Shown piece by piece: positions 15,965 through 22,903 of a stretch of DNA of 24,275 nucleotides (position 1 is the stretch's first letter; each line of letters begins with the position of its first letter). The stretch lies in IMG/VR virus record IMGVR_UViG_3300037511_000519, positions 1-24,275 of that record, one strand, 5' to 3'. A program made the position numbers and the translations under genes. The stretch is from a virus. Taxonomy: Duplodnaviria; Caudoviricetes. A model generated the notes under the pieces. That model made no database searches and had not been told where the DNA came from. It saw only the letters and a list, made by a program, of their open reading frames with translations.

Positions 15965-16710
15965 CGGGTCGCCTCCATGCGGGCCTCGAGGTTGTCGACG
16001 AGCGCGCGGAGATCGGCGATCGTCTTCGGGGTGATCAGGTCGCGCTCACCGAGGTTCATGCCGGCCATGACCTCGGTGATCAGGTCGCGGATCTCGGGCA
16101 CCAGCCGGGGCGCGCGGCGGCGGGCGCGATCGAGGATCTGCACGCGCTGGATCTCCATATGCCGCGCCTCGACCTGCTCGGGCGAGGGCACCGGATCGGG
16201 GACGGCGCTCAGGTGCCGGGCCGCAGGCTCCGGGGAAGGGGAGCCCGCGCCGGCCGGGGCAGTCGACGGGGTCTTGACCGGCGCGGGAGTCTCGGGGGCC
16301 GCCGGGGCGGTGCGCTCGCGGGCGACCTCGGCGACGACCTTCGCCGTCGGCTTGCCCTCGGTCCGTTCGACCGCCTCACGCCAGACCTCGGCGCGCTCCC
16401 GCTCGGGGACGGCAGCGAGGGCGCGGGCCTGGCCCTCGTTCGCCGGAGCCGGGAGCCCGGTGTGCTCAATTGAGCACACGGCCTGCGCCGACTCGATCAG
16501 CTGGTAGCAGTGCCGACGGCTCAGATTCCAGCGCGCCTGGCAGTAGTCCTCGAAGGTGCCGAATTCGCCTCGATAGAGGCGGTTGTCACGGATCTCGGCC
16601 AGCGCCGATCCGATCTCGCGGAAGCCGCGAAGGCCATGCTCGATCCGCTGCTCGCACGAAGCGAGAGCGGCCCGGGCGGCCGGGTTGAGGGTGGCGAGGG
16701 CGGCTGTCAT
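15961..16710 (-). CDS. Conserved phage protein, probably DNA-binding
   Basis: CEQRIEHGL..F.EIGSALAEIRDNRLYR..FGTFEDYC..RW..SR...NEGQARAL, a pattern I recall from phage proteins and methylase N-termini; function not established. Confidence 0.7.
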   Translation of the reverse strand: MTAALATLNPAARAALASCEQRIEHGLRGFREIGSALAEIRDNRLYRGEFGTFEDYCQARWNLSRRHCYQLIESAQAVCSIEHTGLPAPANEGQARALAAVPERERAEVWREAVERTEGKPTAKVVAEVARERTAPAAPETPAPVKTPSTAPAGAGSPSPEPAARHLSAVPDPVPSPEQVEARHMEIQRVQILDRARRRAPRLVPEIRDLITEVMAGMNLGERDLITPKTIADLRALVDNLEARMEATR

Positions 16711-16967
16711 GCGGCAGTCACCGCCGGGGCGATCTCGACGAGGCGGGCAACGGGGATGTTCAGCTCGGCGGCGATCCGCACCAGCTCGGCAGCCTCGAAG
16801 CCGATCGTGCCGGCGAACCGCTTGCTGATCTGCGGCTGGGAGACGCCGAGCAGCTCGGCGAGCGCGTCCTGACCCTTGCCGGCGCGGATCATCTCGGCCT
16901 TGACGTTCTGGCCGATCTGTCGCCGAACGGGGTCGACGTCACGCGAGGAGCGGATGTCGTCTGTCAT
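16707..16967 (-). CDS. Cro-like XRE HTH protein
   Basis: GKGQDALAELLGVSQPQISKRFAG; first gene of the early operon, divergent from the repressor. Confidence 0.88.
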   Translation of the reverse strand: MTDDIRSSRDVDPVRRQIGQNVKAEMIRAGKGQDALAELLGVSQPQISKRFAGTIGFEAAELVRIAAELNIPVARLVEIAPAVTAA

Positions 16968-17069
16968 GGCGATGAGGATGTATCAAATAGCGATACGTTG
17001 TCAAGGCATGGTGCCACATTCGGGTATCAGGACTTGACGATATGGCGCTAGGCCATGAGACTGTCTGGC
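16968..17069. promoter_or_regulatory. Lysis/lysogeny switch: divergent leaderless promoters and operator
   Basis: - strand TTGACA-N18-CATCCT-N7-ATG; + strand TTGACG-N17-GAGACT-N7-ATG; inverted repeat GTATC-N7-GATAC at 16980-16996. Confidence 0.75.
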
Positions 17070-17489
17070 ATGACGACGACACCGGACAGGCGATCCGCGA
17101 CGCTGACCGAGCTCGTTGCCCAGGAGATCGACGCCGTGCGGGGCCGCCGGCGGATGTCTCAAGCGCAGCTGGCACGCGCTATGGGCAAGACGCCCATGTG
17201 GGTATCGCTGCGACTCCGGGGGCGGCAGCCGATCGACATGAACGACCTACTGAAGTTCGCCCGGGCTCTTGATGTAGGCGTCCACCAGCTGCTGCCCTCC
17301 CCCGAAGTGGTTGCGGGGGCGACCGACGAGTCAGCTACGGTAGCGTACCTCGCTCTGACCAGCCGGTTTGCCGAGCACACCACCCGACCAAGGGACAATC
17401 GTCCGATCAGCGGGCCTCCCCGTAGCTCCCCATCGGACACCATCCGAACGGGTTACCTGTCGCGCACGGCCCGCCGTAAGCGAGCCTGA
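17070..17489 (+). CDS. Immunity repressor (XRE HTH, no peptidase domain, disordered C-terminal tail)
   Basis: RRMSQAQLARAMGKTPMWVSLRLRGRQPIDMNDLLKFARALDV; lies between cro and the integrase. Confidence 0.85.
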   Translation: MTTTPDRRSATLTELVAQEIDAVRGRRRMSQAQLARAMGKTPMWVSLRLRGRQPIDMNDLLKFARALDVGVHQLLPSPEVVAGATDESATVAYLALTSRFAEHTTRPRDNRPISGPPRSSPSDTIRTGYLSRTARRKRA

Positions 17490-17495
17490 TCACCG

Positions 17496-18350
17496 ATGCG
17501 CAAACAGCTCCGGCAGGCGCAGCCTCGCGAAATGGAACTCATCGACGCGTACCTCGAATACATGCGGCAGAAGGGCGGCACCAAGGCCACTCTGGAGGGC
17601 CGGCACGAGATCCTCCACCGCCTCAACCGGGACCTGCCGTACGGCATCGGCCAGACCAACACCGAGGAGCTGTCGCTCTGGCTCTACCGCGACGACCTGT
17701 CCCAGAACGCCAAGGCCACCTACTGGCGGGCGATCAAGAGCTTCTACACCTGGGCGGCCGGTCCGCCCGACGACGAGCCGTGGCTCGACGGCAACCCCAC
17801 CCTGAGGATGCCGCCCGTGCAGACCAAGAAGGGCGTGCCGCGGCCGTGCACCGACGAGCAGCTGGAACGGATCCTCACCGAATCGCCCGAGCCGATCCGG
17901 ACCTGGTCGTACCTGGCCGCCTACCAGGGCCTGCGGTGCGTGGAGGTGTCCCGGCTGGATCGGGAGCACATCACCGAGCAGAACCTGTTCGTCGTGCAGG
18001 GCAAGGGCAACCGGCCGCGCGTGCACGACACCGACCCGGACGTGTGGCGGGTGGTCAAGGACTTGCCGAAGGGGCCGGTCGCCCGGGACGAGAACGGCGA
18101 AAGGCTCACCCCGTTCGAGGTGAGCCTCAAGGCCGCCCACTGCTTCCGCCGTCAGCTGGGGCTGCCCGGTGTGTCGATGCACAACCTGCGGCACTGGCTC
18201 GGCGTCAACGTGCAGCGCCGGTACCGCGACATCCGGGTCACTCAGGAGGTTCTCGGCCACGTCGCGCTGTCGTCCACCCAGATCTACACACTCGGAGACG
18301 AGCAGCAGCAACGCGCGGCACGCTCTACCCTCCCGCGATTCGGCGAATGA
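17496..18350 (+). CDS. int: Tyrosine integrase, short form lacking the arm-binding domain
   Basis: GLRCVEV (R), GKG (K), HNLRH (HxxR), LGH (H), TQIYT (Y); 284 aa. Confidence 0.93.
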   Translation: MRKQLRQAQPREMELIDAYLEYMRQKGGTKATLEGRHEILHRLNRDLPYGIGQTNTEELSLWLYRDDLSQNAKATYWRAIKSFYTWAAGPPDDEPWLDGNPTLRMPPVQTKKGVPRPCTDEQLERILTESPEPIRTWSYLAAYQGLRCVEVSRLDREHITEQNLFVVQGKGNRPRVHDTDPDVWRVVKDLPKGPVARDENGERLTPFEVSLKAAHCFRRQLGLPGVSMHNLRHWLGVNVQRRYRDIRVTQEVLGHVALSSTQIYTLGDEQQQRAARSTLPRFGE

Positions 18351-18693
18351 CCCGGGTGCGCTTCGCGGCCCGGGCCGGGGCCGGCGCGGGGGCGGGCTCG
18401 CCGTTCAGCATGGCCTCGTGCTCCGCCTTGGCCTGGAAGAAGATCTCCGGGCGGCTGTAGGCGACGATCTCGAGCCGGGGCGTGCGGTCCGGGGGCAGGT
18501 CGGCCTCTTCGGCGACGACGACGACCTCGGCCGCGACCTCGCGGTCGGGGTCGGCACGGTTGACGACGATGGCCTCGTCCCAGGTACGGACGAGGCCGAC
18601 GACGCTGTAGCCGAGGGCGAGGCAGTACTGATAGCAGGCATGTGCGTTCGGTAGAAGATGGTCCGGATTGACGAATACGACCGCTCTGGTCAC
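18325..18693 (-). CDS. Hypothetical protein, possibly a degenerate serine-recombinase-like fold
   Basis: AAGGAG RBS before GTG 18693; overlaps the integrase 3' end convergently by 26 bp. Confidence 0.7.
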   Translation of the reverse strand: MTRAVVFVNPDHLLPNAHACYQYCLALGYSVVGLVRTWDEAIVVNRADPDREVAAEVVVVAEEADLPPDRTPRLEIVAYSRPEIFFQAKAEHEAMLNGEPAPAPAPARAAKRTRVIRRIAGG

Positions 18694-18742
18694 TGGGTGC
18701 TCCTTCGCGTTTGTGCAGGTCATGCGGGGCGAAGGAGTTCTA

Positions 18743-18759
18743 GTTAACGCGGATTTAAC
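18743..18759. other. Inverted repeat with a 7-bp spacer, candidate attP core or operator
   Basis: GTTAA-CGCGGAT-TTAAC in a lower-GC intergenic patch about 400 bp downstream of int. Confidence 0.3.
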
Positions 18760-18769
18760 GGAGAGCGAA

Positions 18770-18785
18770 TCGACAATCTGTTCGA
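18770..18785. promoter_or_regulatory. LexA box-like site
   Basis: TCGACA-ATCT-GTTCGA, 10/12 match, intergenic. Confidence 0.35.
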
Positions 18786-18885
18786 GATGAATGAATCCAA
18801 CCGGCGGCCCGGCATCGGACGTAAGGCCCGGATCTTGGGCAAAGGGTTGAATCGATCATCGTCGAGCAGGACACTCGCAAACCGC

Positions 18886-19287
18886 TCACCGCTCGTCGGC
18901 GATCCCGCTCTCGTAGTCGCCTTCGACCAGCGCCGGGTCCCGCACGTCGATCCGGCCACCCTTCGGCAGCATGGCCCATTCGCCGTCGACCAGGTGCACG
19001 AGCGGAGCCCACAGCTTCGGGTGCCAGTGGGTCGGCTCGACGATGCTGCCGTAGAGGAAGTGCCAGCCCGGCCAGGGCGGCGCGGGCTCGTCCTCGCCCT
19101 CGAAGACCATGACGAAGTCGTGCGGGCCGCCCGGCCAGCGGATCGTGATCCGGTCGCCCCGCTCCGGCAGCTCGGAGGTCGCCGCGGCGAGGCGTGCCTG
19201 GGCCTGCTCGGAGAGGGGTCGGGCACGGCGGCGCCGGCGCTTCTGTCCGGCCGGCGGTGGGACGAGGAAGTGGTCCTGCTCGCTCAT
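18886..19287 (-). CDS. Hypothetical protein
   Basis: ATGA start; GC3 bias. Confidence 0.75.
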   Translation of the reverse strand: MSEQDHFLVPPPAGQKRRRRRARPLSEQAQARLAAATSELPERGDRITIRWPGGPHDFVMVFEGEDEPAPPWPGWHFLYGSIVEPTHWHPKLWAPLVHLVDGEWAMLPKGGRIDVRDPALVEGDYESGIADER

Positions 19288-19508
19288 GAGGCCCGCCACC
19301 TGCCGTTCCCGTCCTTCCAGCCCCGGGCGAGCCGCTCGGGCGGGAATGGCCCGAAGCGCTGGTTCGGCGGGCTGGTGGCGCTCAGCTCGACCATGTAGCC
19401 CGCATCGGTGCGGGCGACGACGACGCCGTAGTGCTGCATCTCGACGATGACCGGGTCGCGGTTGTAGGGCGGCAGGATCGTGACCTGTTCATGCAGGTGG
19501 AATGGCAT
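19284..19508 (-). CDS. Small beta-barrel-like hypothetical protein
   Basis: GGAGGAG RBS; GVVVARTDAGYMVEL. Confidence 0.75.
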   Translation of the reverse strand: MPFHLHEQVTILPPYNRDPVIVEMQHYGVVVARTDAGYMVELSATSPPNQRFGPFPPERLARGWKDGNGRWRAS

Positions 19509-19588
19509 GGGCTCCTCCAGGGGCGAGTTGGAGGAGGCGGCGGCCCGCGGTTTCTTCGCCCCAGCGAGCTGCCGCCCCCAGGCCGCGG

Positions 19589-19670
19589 ACTTTACGCTGC
19601 GACATGTCGGTGAGACATGTAGTCATGCATATGGCGCTGCGTCAGGTATTTGACACATAGCGTGCGAGTC
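19589..19670. promoter_or_regulatory. Divergent promoter region
   Basis: + strand -10 TAGCGT (19658-19663) 7 nt before ATG; - strand TAAAGT (19594-19589); GACATGT repeated at 19601 and 19614. Confidence 0.55.
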
Positions 19671-19880
19671 ATGGCAGATCGCCGTTCGCTTCCGCGCCTC
19701 ATGGGCCAGCAGGAGATCCGCGAGCGCCTCGGCTACTCCCGCCAGCACACCGCCAACCTCATCGGCCAGAAGGGCTTCCCCGACCCGGCGTACGAGCTGG
19801 CCATGGGCCGCATCTGGCTGGCCGAGGACGTCGAGGCCTGGATCCGCGAGCACCGGCCCGAGCTGGCCGGCGAGGAGTAG
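19671..19880 (+). CDS. AlpA-like HTH DNA-binding protein
   Basis: LMGQQEIRERLGYSRQH...KGFPDPAYELAMGRIWLAEDVEAW. Confidence 0.88.
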   Translation: MADRRSLPRLMGQQEIRERLGYSRQHTANLIGQKGFPDPAYELAMGRIWLAEDVEAWIREHRPELAGEE

Positions 19881-19891
19881 GCTCTCGGGCA

Positions 19892-20022
19892 GCGGATGTA
19901 GCTCAGAGGACAGAGCACCGCCTACCGTACGCACGCAACCGCAACGGGGAGTGCCAGACGGCCCGGCCTGATCAACCGGGAAGCTCAGGCGGAGGTCGGC
20001 GGTTCGAATCTGCCCACCCGCG
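19892..20022 (+). ncRNA. tRNA-like RNA with a 65-nt structured insert replacing the anticodon loop
   Basis: Acceptor GCGGATG/CACCCGC (one mismatch), D arm GCTC-AGAGGACA-GAGC, anticodon stem CCGCC/GGCGG, variable loop AGGTC, T arm GGCGG-TTCGAAT-CTGCC; no encoded CCA. Confidence 0.8.
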
Positions 20023-20028
20023 CACGAC

Positions 20029-20071
20029 AAAAGCGCCCCACCCGACCGAAGTCAGGTGGGGCGTTTCGCTT
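20029..20071. terminator. Bidirectional intrinsic terminator
   Basis: AAAAG-CGCCCCACC...GGTGGGGCG-TTTCGCTT between convergent transcription units. Confidence 0.85.
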
Positions 20072-20168
20072 GGAGGACACCGCTCAGGGGGCTACCCGTT
20101 AGTTGCGGAATCCTCCGCCGGAGCGAACCGGGGAGCGACCCCGACGCCTCCCGGCGACACTCATGAGT

Positions 20169-20522
20169 CTACGACTGAACGGCACCCGTAGCCGCGACCG
20201 GCGCGACCACCTGCGTGCGAACGAACGCCGCCGCCAGCGCGCCGATGAAGGACATGATCACGGCCTGGTTCTCGGCCGACACGTTCAGGCCGAAGCCGAT
20301 GGCCAGCGCGAGCAGCGCCTGGGCGACACCGAGGACGGCGGCGACCTGCCCGTCGTGGCGGACGACCAGCGCGACGACGAGGCCCGCGACCGCCGTGGCC
20401 GCCGCGTTCAGCACGGCCTGCTGGCCGTCGGTGAGGTGGAAGACGAACGCCGCCGCCAGCCGCACCACGGTGGCGAACAGGGTCAGGTAGAGGGCCGGGT
20501 CCCGGCCGAGTTTGAACGACAT
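20169..20522 (-). CDS. Holin-like membrane protein (about 4 TM)
   Basis: GRDPAL...four hydrophobic spans...FVRTQVVAP; last gene of the lysis cassette; GGAGGG RBS. Confidence 0.8.
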   Translation of the reverse strand: MSFKLGRDPALYLTLFATVVRLAAAFVFHLTDGQQAVLNAAATAVAGLVVALVVRHDGQVAAVLGVAQALLALAIGFGLNVSAENQAVIMSFIGALAAAFVRTQVVAPVAATGAVQS

Positions 20523-20529
20523 GATCCCT

Positions 20530-20545
20530 CCGAACGTGTGTTCTA
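20530..20545. promoter_or_regulatory. LexA box
   Basis: CCGAAC-GTGT-GTTCTA with an intact GAAC-N4-GTTC core, 8 nt before ATG 20554. Confidence 0.65.
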
Positions 20546-20553
20546 ATGACGCG

Positions 20554-20739
20554 ATGGAGAGCGACGGCTACCTCGACGAGGACACCCGCCGGTGGATCCA
20601 GGACGAGGCCGACCGGTGGTACGGCGGGGACTTCGGCCGGGCCGCCGCCGCGATCCTGGAAGCCGCCCACGTCGCCGAGAAGCAGCCCGACAACCGGTGG
20701 GCCTACCTGGAAGCCCGGCAGCAAAACCGGCGGCGCTGA
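20554..20739 (+). CDS. 61-aa protein in inverted orientation within the lysis cassette
   Basis: Very strong GC3 bias; fills the gap between two - strand genes; helix-G-helix pattern reminiscent of a ribbon-helix-helix. Confidence 0.75.
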   Translation: MESDGYLDEDTRRWIQDEADRWYGGDFGRAAAAILEAAHVAEKQPDNRWAYLEARQQNRRR

Positions 20740-20742
20740 GCC

Positions 20743-21018
20743 TCAGCTACAGCGGAAGCCGACGCGTAGCCGGTGGATCTCGGACGCCACCTTGCGGCCC
20801 AGCTCCGTCGTCGGCCCCGGCGGCGTGTTGTACGCCTCGTCGAGATCACTGAGCAGGGCGCACCAGCGCCGGTCCGAATCGGCGCGCTCAGCCGTCGAGC
20901 GCCGGTCAGCCTGCTTCTGGACATGGTTGGTGTAGGCCACGCCCGACAGCGCGATCGCCAGGCACGCGAAGAACGCGACGACGACCGCGTAGCCGAAGCG
21001 GACGGCCGGCGTCGTCAC
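20743..21018 (-). CDS. Lysis-cassette membrane protein (1 TM)
   Basis: N-terminal TM; RRWCALL...PPGPTTELG...LRVGFRC; GTGA start. Confidence 0.8.
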   Translation of the reverse strand: MTTPAVRFGYAVVVAFFACLAIALSGVAYTNHVQKQADRRSTAERADSDRRWCALLSDLDEAYNTPPGPTTELGRKVASEIHRLRVGFRCS

Positions 21019-21284
21019 CGGTCACCGCCCGAGCGCGGCGAGGAAGGCGGCCGCGAGCCCGAGCGCGGCGAGGACGACGACGGTCCACGGCCACCACGCT
21101 GGGGGTTGCCAGTGGGCAGCAGCTGCAACGCGTTCGCCGCCCCCGTGAGCCCGAGCAGACCCATGCAGGTGCCCATGCCGATGGCCGACATGTTGCCGGT
21201 GTAGATCTGGAACGCGATCCCGCCCAGGCCCAGCAGGACGCAGCCCGCGTCCCGGGTGTAGCGAATCAGCTTCTCGGGGCTCAC
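21015..21284 (-). CDS. Lysis-cassette membrane protein (2 TM, Ser/Pro-rich tail), holin-like
   Basis: RDAGCVLLGLGGIAFQIY...GLLGL; directly after the endolysin. Confidence 0.75.
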   Translation of the reverse strand: MSPEKLIRYTRDAGCVLLGLGGIAFQIYTGNMSAIGMGTCMGLLGLTGAANALQLLPTGNPQRGGRGPSSSSPRSGSRPPSSPRSGGDR

Positions 21285-21319
21285 TCATGATCCGCCGATC
21301 CCCGCGGCGCGGAGCCTCG

Positions 21320-22108
21320 TCACGCCTGGAGCCCCGCACCGACCGCGGCCGCCTTGGAGCCGAGCGCGGCCTTCAGCGCGGCCACGATGTCCGGCACCGA
21401 CTCGCCGCCGAGCGCGTCGAGCACCGCCTGCGCGTTCTGGTCGGCCGTCGGGATGGCCGCGACGAGCGAGGTGACGGTGCCGGAGGTGACGTTGCTCAGC
21501 TGGCCGGGCAGGTTGTTCTGGATCTCGTACGCCTTGCGCGCCGAGTAGCCCCAAGCGGTCTTGGCAGCCCACGTCTCGCCGCCCACGGGCACGCCGATGT
21601 TGCCGATCGCGGCCACGATCTTGTCGATGTCGCTCTGGTCCAGCGCCACGAGGTCCTCCAGGTGGAAGTCGAAGCTGGTGTTGTTGTCGGCGCTCTGGGT
21701 GAAGGCGCCGGTGAAGTGAATGTGCTCGGTGTGGGCGGACGCGCCGGTGTAGTCCTGGGCGGTCCAGCCGTTCGATGCCTTGTAGATCTTGCGGTTGTAG
21801 ATGATGTAGCGCAGGACGTTCGAGACGCCGGGCAGGTGCCGGATGTGGTCGACGACGTCTTGGGCGTCGACGCCGTGCATGGACAGGTCGGAGTCCATGT
21901 CCCAGGCGCGGACCTCGGGATCGTTGTCCGGGTCGCCGTTCCACTCCGGGGTCGAGCCGGGAGTGTCGTCGGGGTTGTGGCTGCTGGTCTCGGCCTGGTG
22001 GGCGGCGTCGCCGATGGTGCCGTCGCTGGCTTTGTCGCGGTCCGGGAAGGCGGCGTTGACCTGGTTGCGCAGGTTCTGCAAGCCCTTGGTCAGGGCCCAG
22101 TCGCTCAC
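21320..22108 (-). CDS. Endolysin (Zn-peptidase-like catalytic domain)
   Basis: FPDRDKASDGTIGDAAH...SSHNP...VRAWD...YIIYNRKI...HTEHIH (His, Asp, His ligands); position upstream of the membrane genes. Confidence 0.85.
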   Translation of the reverse strand: MSDWALTKGLQNLRNQVNAAFPDRDKASDGTIGDAAHQAETSSHNPDDTPGSTPEWNGDPDNDPEVRAWDMDSDLSMHGVDAQDVVDHIRHLPGVSNVLRYIIYNRKIYKASNGWTAQDYTGASAHTEHIHFTGAFTQSADNNTSFDFHLEDLVALDQSDIDKIVAAIGNIGVPVGGETWAAKTAWGYSARKAYEIQNNLPGQLSNVTSGTVTSLVAAIPTADQNAQAVLDALGGESVPDIVAALKAALGSKAAAVGAGLQA

Positions 22109-22359
22109 GGCCGCACCTGCGCGAGGATGTTCGGGTCCCAGGTGCCGTCGAGCGCGTGGTTCAGCCGGTCGAGCCATTCGGCGTCGAGCACGACGCCCTT
22201 GTCGTTGAGCGCCTTCATCATCACGCCGATCAGGGTCAGCAGGCTGAGGTTCACCGCGTACAGGTCCAGCGGGATGGTGTAGACGTCGGTGCCGACCCGC
22301 GTGCAGGCGCTCGCCTGGGCGGGCAGCAGGTAGCCGACGTACTGCGGGATGAAGTTCAC
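22105..22359 (-). CDS. Hypothetical protein (84 aa)
   Basis: GTGA overlaps at both ends; MNFIPQYVGY. Confidence 0.75.
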   Translation of the reverse strand: MNFIPQYVGYLLPAQASACTRVGTDVYTIPLDLYAVNLSLLTLIGVMMKALNDKGVVLDAEWLDRLNHALDGTWDPNILAQVRP

Positions 22360-22901
22360 AGGGGGATCACCACCAGCTCGCGGTTGACGAAGGAGCCCGT
22401 GCCGCCGTCGACCCGGTACACCTGGGTCCACGTGTTGGAGCCTGCGGTCAGGCCGGTCGGATAGAAGTGGTGGGCCACGAACCGGCCCTGCGCGTTGGAG
22501 CCGTACGCCTGCAACTGGCAGGAGTAGGCGTCGGTGCCGACGATCGTCGGGGTCGCGCCGGCCACCGAGACCGACGAGAACGAGTTCTGGCCGCCGGTGT
22601 TGTTCAGCAGCCCGGTGCCCCAGATGACGAACGCCTTCGTCCCGGTCGTCACCGCGACCTGCGGTCCGACGGTGGCGAGGTTGGTGTAGGTCGTGCTCGT
22701 CGTCGTCTGCTGCGTCGCGACGGTGTTGCCCGACGGGATCCGCTCGGCGATCGCGTTCGCGCCCGTGCCGACGAAGATGGAGCCGGCCGAGGTGGCCAGG
22801 GCCGGGGCCGTGAGGTTTAGGTTGTCCCGCACGGTGGCGTTCCACTGGGCCGCCGTGAGCGGAGTACTCGCAGTCGCCGTAATCGGCGTCGTCCAGGCGA
22901 T
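22356..22901 (-). CDS. Minor tail protein with an apparent ATC start codon
   Basis: (I)AWTTPITATASTPLTAAQWNATVRDNL, then a Thr/Ser/Gly-rich beta domain; GGAGG 9 nt upstream of ATC. Confidence 0.75.
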   Translation of the reverse strand: MAWTTPITATASTPLTAAQWNATVRDNLNLTAPALATSAGSIFVGTGANAIAERIPSGNTVATQQTTTSTTYTNLATVGPQVAVTTGTKAFVIWGTGLLNNTGGQNSFSSVSVAGATPTIVGTDAYSCQLQAYGSNAQGRFVAHHFYPTGLTAGSNTWTQVYRVDGGTGSFVNRELVVIPL

Positions 22902-22903
22902 GG

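Noticed and set aside
19923-19987. Insert as a riboswitch, ribozyme or intron (GCAACC, GGGAAG and CUGAUCA fragments)
   Set aside because: Only isolated short motifs; the full SAM, cobalamin and hammerhead cores are absent, and it is too short for a group I intron
20080-20170. Gap after the holin with palindrome ACTCATGAGT and possible stems
   Set aside because: No convincing ORF or coherent fold by eye
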